From: Nannocystis bainbridge
GTDB lineage: Bacteria; Myxococcota_A; Polyangia; Nannocystales; Nannocystaceae
Direction of reading: 5' to 3'
Assembly (NCBI RefSeq): GCF_028368995.1
Contig: NZ_JAQNDL010000001.1
Coordinates: 1,312,001-1,376,000, forward strand
Length of the DNA: 64,000 nucleotides
Shown here: positions 49,990 to 60,246 of the stretch, in pieces
Numbering within the stretch: position 1 is the stretch's first letter
Layout of the letters: each line of letters starts with the position of its first letter
Translations under genes and position numbers: made by a program
The notes under the pieces: generated by a model
What the model was told of the DNA's origin: nothing
Database searches by the model: none
The model's input: only the letters and a program-made list of their open reading frames with translations

Positions 49990-50775
49990 ATGACCGCACG
50001 TCTGCCGCTCGCCCTCGTCACCGGGGCCAACCGGGGCCTCGGCCTCGAAGTTTGCCGCCAGCTCCGCGACCGGGGTTACCGCGTCATCCTCACCGCCCGC
50101 GACCCCGAGCGCGGGCGTGAGGCCGCCCGCGACCTCGGCGTCGAGTTCTTGCCGCTCGATGTCGGCGACTCTGCCAGCGTCGCCCGCCTGGTCGCCGAGC
50201 TGCGGCGGCTCGACCCCGAGGGCCTCGACGTCGTGGTCGCCAACGCCGGCGTCGCCCTCGACGGCTTCGACGCTCAGGTCGCGGCCACCACCGTCGACAC
50301 CAATTACTTCGGCGTCCTGCGCGTGGTCGAGGGCGTGCTCCCGCTGCTGCGGCAGGACGCGCGCCTCGTGCTCGTCTCGAGCGGCGTCGGTCAGCGCGAC
50401 CTCCTCTCCGCCGATCTGCGGGCCCGCCTCGACCTCGACACCCTCACGCGTGACGAGCTGTCCGCCTTCATGCAGCAGTTCGTCGACGACGTGCAGGCCG
50501 GCCGCCACCGCGAGGCCGGCTGGCCGGGCACCGCCTACGGCACCTCGAAGATCGGCGTCACCGCCCTGGCTCACCTGCTCGCGCGCGACCTCGCCGGCGA
50601 CCCGCGCCACCTCGACATCGTCGCCGTGTGCCCCGGCTGGGTCCGCACCGCCATGGGCGGCCCCAACGCCGAGCGCACCGTCGAAGTCGGCGCCGCCAGC
50701 ATCCTCGGCGGCCTCGAGGCCCCGCGCGACGACCCGCACCGCTTCTACCGCGACGGCGCCCACGCCAGCTGGTGA
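49990..50775 (+). CDS. SDR family carbonyl-reductase-like oxidoreductase
   Basis: TGANRGLG, NAG, YGTSK, CPGWVRTAMGG. Confidence 0.92.
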   Translation: MTARLPLALVTGANRGLGLEVCRQLRDRGYRVILTARDPERGREAARDLGVEFLPLDVGDSASVARLVAELRRLDPEGLDVVVANAGVALDGFDAQVAATTVDTNYFGVLRVVEGVLPLLRQDARLVLVSSGVGQRDLLSADLRARLDLDTLTRDELSAFMQQFVDDVQAGRHREAGWPGTAYGTSKIGVTALAHLLARDLAGDPRHLDIVAVCPGWVRTAMGGPNAERTVEVGAASILGGLEAPRDDPHRFYRDGAHASW

Positions 50776-50850
50776 CGCGCGCCGCCTCCGACACCGGCGA
50801 GCTCCCACCCTCGGCGTCGGACTCGAGCCGTGGCCGCCACGGACGGTACA

Positions 50851-50934
50851 TGTCTCCCAGGACATGCCCCTTATCGCATGTCCATCACGACATGTCGCCG
50901 AGGACATGCCCCATGTCGCATGTCCTTCACGCCA
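50851..50934. repeat. Array of six 14-bp boxes between convergent genes
   Basis: TGTCTCCCAGGACA|TGCCCCTTATCGCA|TGTCCATCACGACA|TGTCGCCGAGGACA|TGCCCCATGTCGCA|TGTCCTTCACGCCA. Confidence 0.92.
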
Positions 50935-50946
50935 TGCGACCCGCCC

Positions 50947-52320
50947 TCACGCCGGCCGGTGCCCCGCCGCCGTGATCCCGGCCCACAGCCCTGGCCGGCG
51001 CGCGTGGCCGTGGTCGCCGGGCTTGAGGTCGTCGATCTCCGGCGTGCGCCAGATCAGCAGCACCGCGCCTGCCAGCCACAGCACCAGCGTGAACACCCCG
51101 ACCCCGAGCTGCACCGCCAGGCCCGGGCCACCGCCGAGCAGCGCCGCCAGCCGGTCGCCGAGCAGCGCCGACAGCACGCTGCCGACCGGCATCGCCCCGA
51201 ACATCGCCATGTTGAACAGCGCCAGCACCCGCCCGCGCATCGCGTCCGGGGTCAGCAGCTGGACCGACGTCATCAGGCTCGAGAAGGCCCAGATCCAAAA
51301 GAACCCCGACACCAGCAGGCACGCCGCCGCCCACGCCGGCTCGGTCAGCGCGCAGTAGATCGTCATCGAAGCGCCCGACATCAGCAGCGCCAGCGGGATG
51401 ATGTGATGCCGCGGGTACCACGACGGAAGCCGGCCCAGCGACAGCCCGCCGAGCACCGCCCCCGCGCCGACCGCCGACAGCATCAGCCCGTAGGTCGCCT
51501 CCTCGGCGTGGTACACCTCCGACACGAACAGCGGCAGCATCCGCTGCAGCGGCGCCGCCAGCATGCTGAGCAGCAGCAGGCCCAGCATCACCCGACGCGC
51601 GCCGACGTGGTCGCGGACGAACCGCAGCGCCTCGCTGACCTCGCGCCACGGCGCGTGCGCGCCGGTGCTGGCCGGGGGCGCCGGCGCGGTCGAGCGCACC
51701 GCCCACAGCACGCCGACGAAGCTCAGGGCGTTGATCGTGAACAGCAGCGTCGCGCCCCACTTGGCCATCAGCAGCCCCGCCAGCGCCGGCCCGGCCACGC
51801 GCGCGAGGTTGAACTGCATGCCCATCAGCGCGATCGCCCGCGGCAGCTCCTCGCGCGGCACCAGCCGCGGGCTCAGCGTCTGCCACGCCGGCGTGTTGAA
51901 CGCCATGGCGATCCCGTTGACCAGCCCGAGCCCGATCAGCACCGGCGGCGTGGCCCACCCGAACGCGTGCGCCACCGCCAGCAGCGCCGCGATCGCCATC
52001 ATCACCACCTGCGTGATCAAGAGCATCTGCCGCCGGTCGACCCAGTCGACCAGCAGCCCCGCCGGCAGCCCGAGGATCAGCATCGGCCCCAGCTGCGCGG
52101 CCGCGAGCGCGCCGAGCATCAGCGTCGACGAGGTCTGTTCGGCCATGAGCCACTGGACGCCCACGCCCTCCATCCACGTGCCGATCGACGAGGCCATCGC
52201 CCCCAGCCAGACCCGGCGAAAGCCGACGTGGCGCATCACACCGCGCCACCGCAGGCGCGACACGTCGACGTCGACGCCGACGTGCGACGCGCTCGGATCG
52301 ACCTGCAGGTGCTGGACCAC
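50947..52320 (-). CDS. MFS transporter (MFS_3/EntS-like)
   Basis: SSIGTWM, GLLVDWVDRR, FNLARVAGPALAG, MRGRV; about 12 TM; GTG start at 52320. Confidence 0.9.
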   Translation of the reverse strand: MVQHLQVDPSASHVGVDVDVSRLRWRGVMRHVGFRRVWLGAMASSIGTWMEGVGVQWLMAEQTSSTLMLGALAAAQLGPMLILGLPAGLLVDWVDRRQMLLITQVVMMAIAALLAVAHAFGWATPPVLIGLGLVNGIAMAFNTPAWQTLSPRLVPREELPRAIALMGMQFNLARVAGPALAGLLMAKWGATLLFTINALSFVGVLWAVRSTAPAPPASTGAHAPWREVSEALRFVRDHVGARRVMLGLLLLSMLAAPLQRMLPLFVSEVYHAEEATYGLMLSAVGAGAVLGGLSLGRLPSWYPRHHIIPLALLMSGASMTIYCALTEPAWAAACLLVSGFFWIWAFSSLMTSVQLLTPDAMRGRVLALFNMAMFGAMPVGSVLSALLGDRLAALLGGGPGLAVQLGVGVFTLVLWLAGAVLLIWRTPEIDDLKPGDHGHARRPGLWAGITAAGHRPA

Positions 52321-52524
52321 GGCGCGAGCATAGCGCGTCGCCCGGGCCCGCGCCGCGGGGTCGCGCCGCATGAAGGTCCGGACATTCTTCACGCGCCCGC
52401 GCTGCGCCGCTCACCGCGTCCTCCGCGTCGTGGTCGCCGCCGCGGCGATGTGCCACGCTGTCCCTCCCAGGGTCCCCGGCGCCCGCGAAGCGCGCCGGAC
52501 CGCGCAGCGGCTCACGCATTCACA

Positions 52525-52613
52525 TGCCTCTTGCGACATGTCCGCCAGGCCAGCAGCGGCCCCGCTCCCGCCGCGGTATTTTCGATGTCTCTCCGGACAT
52601 GTCCTTTCGACCA
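52525..52613. repeat. Two pairs of 14-bp boxes in the divergent promoter region
   Basis: TGCCTCTTGCGACA|TGTCCGCCAGGCCA (52525); TGTCTCTCCGGACA|TGTCCTTTCGACCA (52586). Confidence 0.75.
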
Positions 52614-52651
52614 GCTACATGCTTGACCTCCGCCCGCCCGCGCAGCCGCCG

Positions 52652-53743
52652 ATGACCCGCGCGTTCGCCCTGCTGCCGCTCCTCGCCGCCCTCGCCGCGC
52701 TGGCGGCCCCGCGCCCGGCGGGCGCCTGCGACTGCGCCCTGCTCGGCCCGACCTTTCACCCGCCGTACGTGCCCGAGGCGTTCGCCGCCGCCGTCACCAC
52801 CACGGAGGAGGTCGCAGGCCTGACCTGCCGCCCGGCCCGGCGTGGCCGCCTCGCGTGCACGTGGAGCGCCCGCTACGTGCTGACCCGCGCCGGCGCGACC
52901 GACGTCCCGCTGACCTTCGCCTACCCGACCGGCGCCGACATCGTCGTCCGCCTCGGCGGCGACATCGTCGCCAGCTCGATCGCCGCCCTCGACCCGCGCT
53001 TCGGCGTCGGCCAGCGCGAGCTGTTCGTCACCTGGCCCGCGGGACAGGTGAATGACATCGTCGTCGAGGTCCGGGCCGACCTGCAGATCGGCCCGGCCGC
53101 GTGCGGCTGCGACGCCGGCAGGACCACCAACCGCCGCCGCCACCCGCTCGTCTCGCCGGCCGGGCTGCCCGACTACGCCGTCGACTACCGGCCGCAGCCC
53201 GGGCCCGAGAGCGTGCGCCTCAGCCTCGAGCTGCGCCGCCCGTGGCGCGAGCACCGGCCCGGCCTGTTCCCCGGCGGCGAGGGTCGCCGGATCACCCGCG
53301 ACCTCCGCAAGGATGGCGACGAGCCCATCAAGCTCGCGTTCAAGACCCCGCTCCGCCTCGACCCTGGCGGCCCGATCGCCGGCGTCGGCCTCGGCTTCTC
53401 GCCCGAGGGCCTGCGCCCGCGCCTGCGCCTCGGCTGGGAGCTGGCGTGGCCGCAGATGTGGGTGCACAGCCTCGTGATCGAGACCGACGCCCGCGCCCGC
53501 GTGGCCGTGATCCCGGCGTGGGAGCTGACCTACCCCCGCGTGCCGCACCGGCTCGTGCCCGACAGCGGCGTCGGCGTCGGTGCGCCGATCCAGCTGGCCC
53601 CGCTCGCGCGCCCCGGCGTCCGCGTGTTCGCCCGCCTCGGCTGGCTGTGGTGCCACCTGCTCGGCACGTTCGACGTCTACCCCGCCTTCCGCGGCGCCCC
53701 GCCGGAGCGGCTCGGCTCGCTGATGCTGCAGTTCGGCCTGTGA
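52652..53743 (+). CDS. Secreted hypothetical protein, possible C-terminal beta-barrel
   Basis: Signal peptide ending AGA-CDC; amphipathic C-terminal strands ending QFGL. Confidence 0.65.
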   Translation: MTRAFALLPLLAALAALAAPRPAGACDCALLGPTFHPPYVPEAFAAAVTTTEEVAGLTCRPARRGRLACTWSARYVLTRAGATDVPLTFAYPTGADIVVRLGGDIVASSIAALDPRFGVGQRELFVTWPAGQVNDIVVEVRADLQIGPAACGCDAGRTTNRRRHPLVSPAGLPDYAVDYRPQPGPESVRLSLELRRPWREHRPGLFPGGEGRRITRDLRKDGDEPIKLAFKTPLRLDPGGPIAGVGLGFSPEGLRPRLRLGWELAWPQMWVHSLVIETDARARVAVIPAWELTYPRVPHRLVPDSGVGVGAPIQLAPLARPGVRVFARLGWLWCHLLGTFDVYPAFRGAPPERLGSLMLQFGL

Positions 53744-53810
53744 CCGCGAGGACATGCTCGATGGAGCATGTTCGATGGGACATGTCGCTTCGGACCTGCC
53801 CTTCGGGGCA
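53741..53810. repeat. Array of five 14-bp boxes starting on the stop codon
   Basis: TGACCGCGAGGACA|TGCTCGATGGAGCA|TGTTCGATGGGACA|TGTCGCTTCGGACC|TGCCCTTCGGGGCA. Confidence 0.9.
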
Positions 53811-53918
53811 TGTCGTCCGTCGCCGCTCGCGACGACGCCCGTCGCACTCGGGGGAGTGTGACGGGCGCGATCGGGCCGTCAGGCCGCCGTCAGGCGTGGG
53901 CGGGGGGTCGGAATCCGC

Positions 53919-54827
53919 TCACTTGGAGCCGGCGCACTTGGCGTCGGCCTTGGAGATCCAGGTGTCGAGCTCGGCGTCCTTGAGGTCGTACTTCTTGACG
54001 GCCTTGTAGACCTGCTCGACCTGGTACTCGCAGATCAGCATCTTGTCGACCTGGGCCGGCAGGATCTTCTTGCCGAGGTCGACGTAGCAGCCCTTGGCGA
54101 CCTCTTGCAGCTTGGCCTTGGCCCAGTCCGAGGTCAGCTTCTCGAGGTCCTCGACCGCCATGCTGCACTGGAAGGGCACCTCGTTGGTGTTGGCGTCGAG
54201 GTTCTTCTTGGCCTCGTCGAGCGCTTCCTTCGCGCGCTTGCCGGCCTCGACCTCCTTGCACAGGGCGTCGGCCTTGGTCTTCTCCTCGGGCGACACCTTC
54301 TCGGCGGTCGCCTGGAGGTCGAAGCACTTGCTGAGGCCGTCGCCGCCGCTGTCACGGACGCCCTCGAGCTCCTTGATGGCCGCGTCGATCGACTTCTTGA
54401 ACAGGTCGCCGCACAGCTTCTTGACCTCTTCGTCCTTGATGTCGCTGTACTTGCAGGACGACAGGGCGTCTTCCATCTTCTCGCCGGTCTTGAGCGCGCC
54501 CTCGACTTCCTTCTTGATGCGAATGGCCTGCTTCTTGTCGCTCAGCTCCTGCTGGCACTTCTTGTACTCGTCGCAGGCGCTCTTCTTGGCGCACTCGAGG
54601 TCGGCCTTCTCCTCCTCGGGGTCGCGGTCCTTCTTCTCGCGACAGTCCTTCATCACGAGGTCCTTCAGGCCCTCGACGAGCGCCTTCTCCTCGGGCGAGG
54701 CACACTCCACGGCCTTGTTGAAGACCGTCGAGCAGTAGTCGCCGCCGCCGCAGCCGGAGGTGGAGGACATGCCGAGACCGAAGGCCACCAGGCCCGAGGC
54801 GAAAAACATGCGATTGAACGTGTTCAT
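53919..54827 (-). CDS. Lys/Glu-rich helical Cys-paired lipoprotein
   Basis: TSGC lipobox-like site, highly charged helical body, GGA upstream of ATG. Confidence 0.8.
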   Translation of the reverse strand: MNTFNRMFFASGLVAFGLGMSSTSGCGGGDYCSTVFNKAVECASPEEKALVEGLKDLVMKDCREKKDRDPEEEKADLECAKKSACDEYKKCQQELSDKKQAIRIKKEVEGALKTGEKMEDALSSCKYSDIKDEEVKKLCGDLFKKSIDAAIKELEGVRDSGGDGLSKCFDLQATAEKVSPEEKTKADALCKEVEAGKRAKEALDEAKKNLDANTNEVPFQCSMAVEDLEKLTSDWAKAKLQEVAKGCYVDLGKKILPAQVDKMLICEYQVEQVYKAVKKYDLKDAELDTWISKADAKCAGSK

Positions 54828-55042
54828 GGAGAGTCCGTGGGGTCTTTCGTGCTGGTTGGGTCCGTGAATTCGCAGTGCGCGGCGGCGAAAGTCCAAACCT
54901 GGGGGGGCGAGATCAATTCGACGTACGGCCTTTGTTCAGGGCGAATTCGCGCTGCGCAAGTACCATATTTGCGCCGCCGAGACAACTCCGGCCCTCCGCC
55001 CCCGAGCCGGCTCACCCTCCCCGGAGGACCGCGTGGATGTCG

Positions 55043-56149
55043 TCAACGGGCGGCCTTGTTCGCCGCCGGCTCGCCTGGCTTCCAGGCCACGTCGTGGCGG
55101 ACGCCGACGTACGACGGGAAGCGCGGCACCCCGCCGTCCGACAGCTCTTGATAGCGGAACGTGACGATCGTGCCGACCAGGGGCGGGTCGTTGCGCTCGG
55201 CGTCCGACAGGCCGGTGCCGAGAGCGAAGCGCGTGCCGTTCCGCAGCTCGACCAGCAGCGCGCCGAGCCGCCCCTTGTGCTTGCCCGTGCCCGGCTGATG
55301 GCCGACCACCCTCGCCTCGTCGTCGTGGAACGACTTGACCTTGAGCAGCGTGTGCGAGCGACCGACCTCGTAGCGCGAGCCGGGCCGGCGCAACATCAGC
55401 CCCTCGCCGCCGAGCGCTTCCACCCGCATAAGCTCACGCTGCAGGTGCTCCGTGCCCGTACAGATCTCGTGCGCGAGCGCGCTGGCGAACCCCGGACGGC
55501 GCCGCTCGAGCTCCGCGTGGTAGTGGCGCATCCGCGCCTCGAAGTCGCCCTCGTGGCCGGGCGCGTCGAACACCAGGAACCGCACCTGCCGCCACGCCTC
55601 GCCGCCGTCCTGGCGCCGCACCACGCTCACCGTGCGCTGGAACGCCTTGCGGTCGAGCCACAGCTCGCCGTCGAGGGTGAACTCCGGCAGCCCCTCCGTG
55701 AACCACGCCGGCGCGTGATAGACGTTGCCGAGCCGCGACACGAACCGCTTGCCGTCCCAGTACGCGCGCACGCCGTCGAGCTTCTCGCTCATCCACCAGC
55801 CGGCCGGGTCGACCTCGGGGTCGTACACGTGCGCCAGCAGCAGCGGCGGCGCCTGCTCGCCGGCCGCCTCGCCGTCGCTCGAGCTGGTCTTCGGGCCAGC
55901 CTTGCTGGCCTTCGGGACAGCCGACCCGGTCGCCCCGCTCGCCCCCGCCGGCGCCCCGATCCGCGCCAGCTCGACCGCCTCGCCGCGCAGCCCCTTGAGG
56001 TGCTTGCACGTGCGCTTGTCGATCGGCCCGCCCACGTTGCGCCACGCCGGGCAGCTGCACGAGAACACCCCGCCGACGTTCTTCAACACGTACGGCTTGG
56101 CGCCGGAGCCCTTCACCTCGACCGAGTCCCCATCTGCAAGATCGGGCAT
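55043..56149 (-). CDS. ATP-dependent DNA ligase with an N-terminal SWIM zinc finger
   Basis: CSCPAW..TCKH SWIM; SEKLDGVRAYW, LDGELW, EGLML, LLKVK, OB-fold, VPRFP. Confidence 0.92.
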   Translation of the reverse strand: MPDLADGDSVEVKGSGAKPYVLKNVGGVFSCSCPAWRNVGGPIDKRTCKHLKGLRGEAVELARIGAPAGASGATGSAVPKASKAGPKTSSSDGEAAGEQAPPLLLAHVYDPEVDPAGWWMSEKLDGVRAYWDGKRFVSRLGNVYHAPAWFTEGLPEFTLDGELWLDRKAFQRTVSVVRRQDGGEAWRQVRFLVFDAPGHEGDFEARMRHYHAELERRRPGFASALAHEICTGTEHLQRELMRVEALGGEGLMLRRPGSRYEVGRSHTLLKVKSFHDDEARVVGHQPGTGKHKGRLGALLVELRNGTRFALGTGLSDAERNDPPLVGTIVTFRYQELSDGGVPRFPSYVGVRHDVAWKPGEPAANKAAR

Positions 56150-56245
56150 GTCCCATCCTTCGCCTTCGCGGCCGGCCGAGACTACCCGCTCGCGGCGATC
56201 CGCGGCAGATCGCGCCGCGCTCGCGCGCGCGATCGAAATCGAGCG

Positions 56246-57433
56246 CTACGGCGTCAACAGCTCGAGCATCTTCGGCGCCAGCTGATCGCCGCTGAGCAGC
56301 GCGCGCTGCAGCACCAGCACCTGGATCCGCGGCGGCGGGCGGCCGCACACCCGGAACGCTCTGGCCATGATCGCGCGCTCGCCCTGGCGCACCCGCCCGT
56401 CGAGGATGCACGCGATCACCAGCGTGTGCAGGGCCGCCTTCTGCTCGGCGGGCAGGAGCCGGCGCAGGCACTCGATGAAGCGCGGCACGTCGTCGAGCGC
56501 CTCCGCGTCTGTCTCACCGATCCTGTCCTTCAGGTCATCCAGCATCTCGATCAGGTTGGGGTGGAAGTCGCGCGAGCGGACCACCGCGCTGCCGATCGCC
56601 CGCATCAGCGCCTCGCGCAGCCCCGGCGACGGCTCGGGGTGCGGCGCCAGCACGAAGCCCAGCAGCTCGTTGGCCGCCGACGGCCCGATCGCCCGCAGCC
56701 GCGCCTCTCGCAGCGCCCGGCGGCACACCAGCGCGTCCCACAGCGCCGTGATCGGCACGGCGACGAACGGGATCCAGGCCCGCAGCGCCGCGCGGCCGAA
56801 GATCCGCGTCAGCAGCGTGCGCGCGATGAACTTCGTCAGGCTGACCTTGGCCTTGTAGACCAGCGTCGCCATCAAGATCCGCAGGCGCGACGCCTCGCGC
56901 CGCGGATCGATGCCGAACATCGGCCGCGGCGGGTTCGGGATCTCGAGCGCCGCGCGGGCCAGCACCGCGGCGAAGATCTCGTCCTCGTCGTCCACCATGT
57001 CGCCGACGTGACGGACCACGTCCTGCCCGACCTCCTTGGCGCGGAACAGCGGCAGCCCGGCCGCGGCCGCCAGCTGATGCACCGAGTCGATCGCGTTCCA
57101 GTAGATCAGCGACAGCTCGATCACCACCAGCGGCAGCACGGCCAGCAGCGTGAGCACCAGGAACTCGATCCACGCCCACCAGCTCGCGTTGCCCGGATCG
57201 TCGCCGAGCAGCGGCTGCAGGGCGACGTTGGCGACCGCCCCGAGGCCGGCGCAGATGGCCCCGACCAGCCCGGCCCGGCCGACCGCGACGTACTCGATGC
57301 GCCGCAGCTCCCGCCGCTCGTCGGGGTTGAGGAAGTGAATGGCGTCGCGGGAGTCGGGGCGCACCGCCTTGCCCGCGCGGCGCTTGAAGTACCGCACGGC
57401 GAGCGCCTCGACCACGCGCCGCTTCTGCGTCAC
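56246..57433 (-). CDS. Hypothetical membrane protein, C-terminus possibly TerB-like
   Basis: 2-3 TM helices, ACILDGRV..GE motif; same strand as the kinase and ligase. Confidence 0.7.
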   Translation of the reverse strand: MTQKRRVVEALAVRYFKRRAGKAVRPDSRDAIHFLNPDERRELRRIEYVAVGRAGLVGAICAGLGAVANVALQPLLGDDPGNASWWAWIEFLVLTLLAVLPLVVIELSLIYWNAIDSVHQLAAAAGLPLFRAKEVGQDVVRHVGDMVDDEDEIFAAVLARAALEIPNPPRPMFGIDPRREASRLRILMATLVYKAKVSLTKFIARTLLTRIFGRAALRAWIPFVAVPITALWDALVCRRALREARLRAIGPSAANELLGFVLAPHPEPSPGLREALMRAIGSAVVRSRDFHPNLIEMLDDLKDRIGETDAEALDDVPRFIECLRRLLPAEQKAALHTLVIACILDGRVRQGERAIMARAFRVCGRPPPRIQVLVLQRALLSGDQLAPKMLELLTP

Positions 57434-57483
57434 AGGCCCGGGATGCTAGCGCATCCGCGGCGGCCCTGTCGGCGCGCTGGCGC

Positions 57484-59562
57484 TCACGGCAGCGTCAGAT
57501 CGACCTTCTTGGCCAGGATCGTCTTCGCCAGCGAGCGCAGGGCCGCCTCGCGCTCGGTCGCCACGCGCAGGCGCTCGGACAGCACCTCGATGACCGCCAG
57601 GCCGATGTCGCCGCTCTCGCGCACGATCTTGCGGAACCGGTCCGCCCCCAGCATCAGCGCTCGCACCGGCTCGTCGGTGGCGAACACCCCGGCCGTGCGC
57701 GCCGACTGGCTCAACACCGCGACCTCCCCGCACACGTCGCCGGGCTTGAGGCGATTGATGACGGCGCCGTCACGCACCACCTCGACCGTGCCCTCGAGCA
57801 GGATGCAGAGCGCGTCGCCCGGCGCCCCCTGCTCGAACACCGGCTGCAGCGGCGCGAACGCGACCTCGTGGCAGGCCTCCGCGATCGGCAGCAGCGCCGC
57901 CGTCGGCACCGCGTTGAACAGGCTGATCCGGCGCAGGAACATGATGCGGCCGATCAGCGTGCGCAGCCCGGTCGGCGCGCGCGACTCGTCGATCTCCTCC
58001 TCCTCGCCGCCGCACAGCGTGCTGACCACGTTGAGCCACGGGTCGTCGGTCGCCGGCCCGGGCCGCTGCAGGTCCGACGTCGAGATCGGCGACAGCGCGC
58101 GCGAGCGGGTCAGGCGTCGGCCCGCGCGCACGATCCCGCCGAAGCACTTCTGGCTCAGCGTCAGCAGCAGCTCCATCGCCGCCTCGCGGGTCGGCCCCTC
58201 CGTCGGCGTCGACGACGGGTAAAGGCGCATGAACACCCGCCAGTACAGGTCGCCGCCGACGTCGCGCAGGCTGTCGACGTCGCTGTCGCTCTCGAGCCCG
58301 CGCAGGATCAGCTGCGTCGCGTCGCGGTAGACCGCCAGCAGCTCGCGGCGCAGGTCGGCCAGCCGCGGCTCGTCCATCAACGCCGTGCGCAGCTCCTCGC
58401 CCTCGTCGCGCGGGCGGCCGGCCAGCCAGTCGTCGCACTCCTCCTCGAGCGGCCGCAGGCGATCGAGCAGCAGGTGGGCCGCGTCGAGCGAGCGGCGGGC
58501 CAGCTCCGACCGGCGCATGCGCTCGCGCGAGCCCTCGAGGTACGCGTCGAGGTCGGCCAGCAGCTCGACCACCGAGCCGTAGCGGTGCTCGCGGTTCTTG
58601 CTCAGCGCCCGGCGGCAGATGTCCTCGACGCCCGGCGGGATCGGCCGGTTCGGCGCGCGCTTCGACGGCAGCTCGACCTGCTCGACCATCACCCGCATCA
58701 GCACCTCCTTCGCGTTGGCGCCCTGGAAGGGCTGCGTCAGCGTGAGGATCTCGTACAGGATCACCCCCAGCGACCAGATGTCGCTGCGCACGTCGAGGTC
58801 GTGGCCCGCCTTGGTGATCTGCTCCGGCGCCATGTACTCGGGCGTCCCGGCGTGCATGTGCGCCCGCGCCTGCCGGCGCCCCTGCGGCCCCAGCACCTGC
58901 GCCAGGCCCCAGTCGACCAGCACCACCTCGCCATACTCGCCGATCAGCACGTTCTCCGGCTTGAGGTCGCAGTGCAGCACCCCGCGCGCGTGGGCGTAGG
59001 CGACCGCGCGGCACAGCTCGATGAAGCAGCCGAGCAGGCGGTACATGCCGAACGCGTGTGTCGTCGCCGGATCGCCCTCGTGCAGCGCGTCGATGATCTG
59101 CGACAGCGGCCGCCCGGTCAGCCGCTTCATCGTGTAGTAGAGCCCCAGCGTCGGGCTGCAGCCGAGGTCGTAGGCCGGCACGATGTTGGGGTGCTCGAGC
59201 CCGCCGGTGATGATCGCCTCCTCGACGAACGCCTGCACCCGCACCGGGTCGTTGACGTGGTTCGGCGACAGCACCTTGACCGCCACCGTGCGCCGCATGC
59301 TGCGGTCGGCCCCCAGGTAGACCACCCCGCCGCCGCCGCGACCGAGTTGGTCGCCGACGGCGTAGCGGCCGTCACCCGTGCCGTCGATCGGCGGCCCGAG
59401 CTCGTCGAGGCCCGGGCTCACCTGCGGCTCGACCTCGATGTCGCGGAGGTAGCGGACGATCTGCGGCTCGGTCCCGGTCACCGCGGGGCGGAGCTCCGCC
59501 ATGACCGGCTCGTCCTCCTCGTGGTCCGGCTTGTCCCACGGCCATCGCTTCGTCCCGCTCAT
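57484..59562 (-). CDS. Ser/Thr protein kinase with a C-terminal cyclic-nucleotide-binding domain
   Basis: LGRGGGGVVY, HCDLKPEN, DWGLA, GTPEYMAPE; FEQGAPGD..GEVAVL..RTA cNMP motif. Confidence 0.92.
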   Translation of the reverse strand: MSGTKRWPWDKPDHEEDEPVMAELRPAVTGTEPQIVRYLRDIEVEPQVSPGLDELGPPIDGTGDGRYAVGDQLGRGGGGVVYLGADRSMRRTVAVKVLSPNHVNDPVRVQAFVEEAIITGGLEHPNIVPAYDLGCSPTLGLYYTMKRLTGRPLSQIIDALHEGDPATTHAFGMYRLLGCFIELCRAVAYAHARGVLHCDLKPENVLIGEYGEVVLVDWGLAQVLGPQGRRQARAHMHAGTPEYMAPEQITKAGHDLDVRSDIWSLGVILYEILTLTQPFQGANAKEVLMRVMVEQVELPSKRAPNRPIPPGVEDICRRALSKNREHRYGSVVELLADLDAYLEGSRERMRRSELARRSLDAAHLLLDRLRPLEEECDDWLAGRPRDEGEELRTALMDEPRLADLRRELLAVYRDATQLILRGLESDSDVDSLRDVGGDLYWRVFMRLYPSSTPTEGPTREAAMELLLTLSQKCFGGIVRAGRRLTRSRALSPISTSDLQRPGPATDDPWLNVVSTLCGGEEEEIDESRAPTGLRTLIGRIMFLRRISLFNAVPTAALLPIAEACHEVAFAPLQPVFEQGAPGDALCILLEGTVEVVRDGAVINRLKPGDVCGEVAVLSQSARTAGVFATDEPVRALMLGADRFRKIVRESGDIGLAVIEVLSERLRVATEREAALRSLAKTILAKKVDLTLP

Positions 59563-59784
59563 GCGCGGACAGCAGCATAACAAAGGACGCGGGAGCGCGA
59601 TCGCGCCCGCACGTCTGCGGGGTCGCCACCACCACCGGAGCGCGGGTCACTCCATGCGGACCGTCTCGCCTTCGCCGCCGGGTCCGCGACCTCCGCTGCG
59701 CGCGCTGTCGATCCGCCATCGCGGCTCACCGCGCGGCGGCAGATCCAGCACTCACCCCAGCGACGGCGTCAGCGCGCCCGTCGC

Positions 59785-60246
59785 TCACGCCAGGAACGGC
59801 GCCAGCGTGCGGCCCAGCCCCGGGGCGGCGAGGCGCACGTGGGCCTCGGCCGAGTCGCGCAGGCGGTCGTACGTCTTGCGCAGCGGGCCGCTGGCCTTGG
59901 CCGCGCGGCGGTCGGTGACGGTCAGCAGCGCCTGGGCCACGCGAGGCGCCTCTGTGGTCATGTGCGCGGCGAACACCCCGGGCAGCGGCGCGCCGTCGCG
60001 GGCGGCCTGCTCGCGGCTCTCGACGTAGAACGGCTCGAGCGCCGCCCCGAACTCGGGCAGCAGGCGGTCGACGACATCGGACACCATCGACGGGCGGATC
60101 GCCGCGACCAGCTTGTAACCGGCCTTGATGGCCAGGGCCGACAGCCCGGTCTTGCTCTTCACCTCGGCGTCGACCAGCGAGGCGCACGCGCGGACCACCT
60201 GCGGACGAACCTCTTCACGGGTGAAAATCTCGACTAAGGTGGCCAT
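59785..60246 (-). CDS. Hypothetical protein (DUF6918-like)
   Basis: EVKSKTGLSALAIKAGY, ALLTVTDRRA, YDRLR...HV pattern. Confidence 0.7.
   Translation of the reverse strand: MATLVEIFTREEVRPQVVRACASLVDAEVKSKTGLSALAIKAGYKLVAAIRPSMVSDVVDRLLPEFGAALEPFYVESREQAARDGAPLPGVFAAHMTTEAPRVAQALLTVTDRRAAKASGPLRKTYDRLRDSAEAHVRLAAPGLGRTLAPFLA

Noticed and set aside
54924-54940. Possible myxobacterial LexA box (…GTTCAGG)
   Set aside because: Only the right half matches, and it lies downstream of the ligase gene, not upstream.
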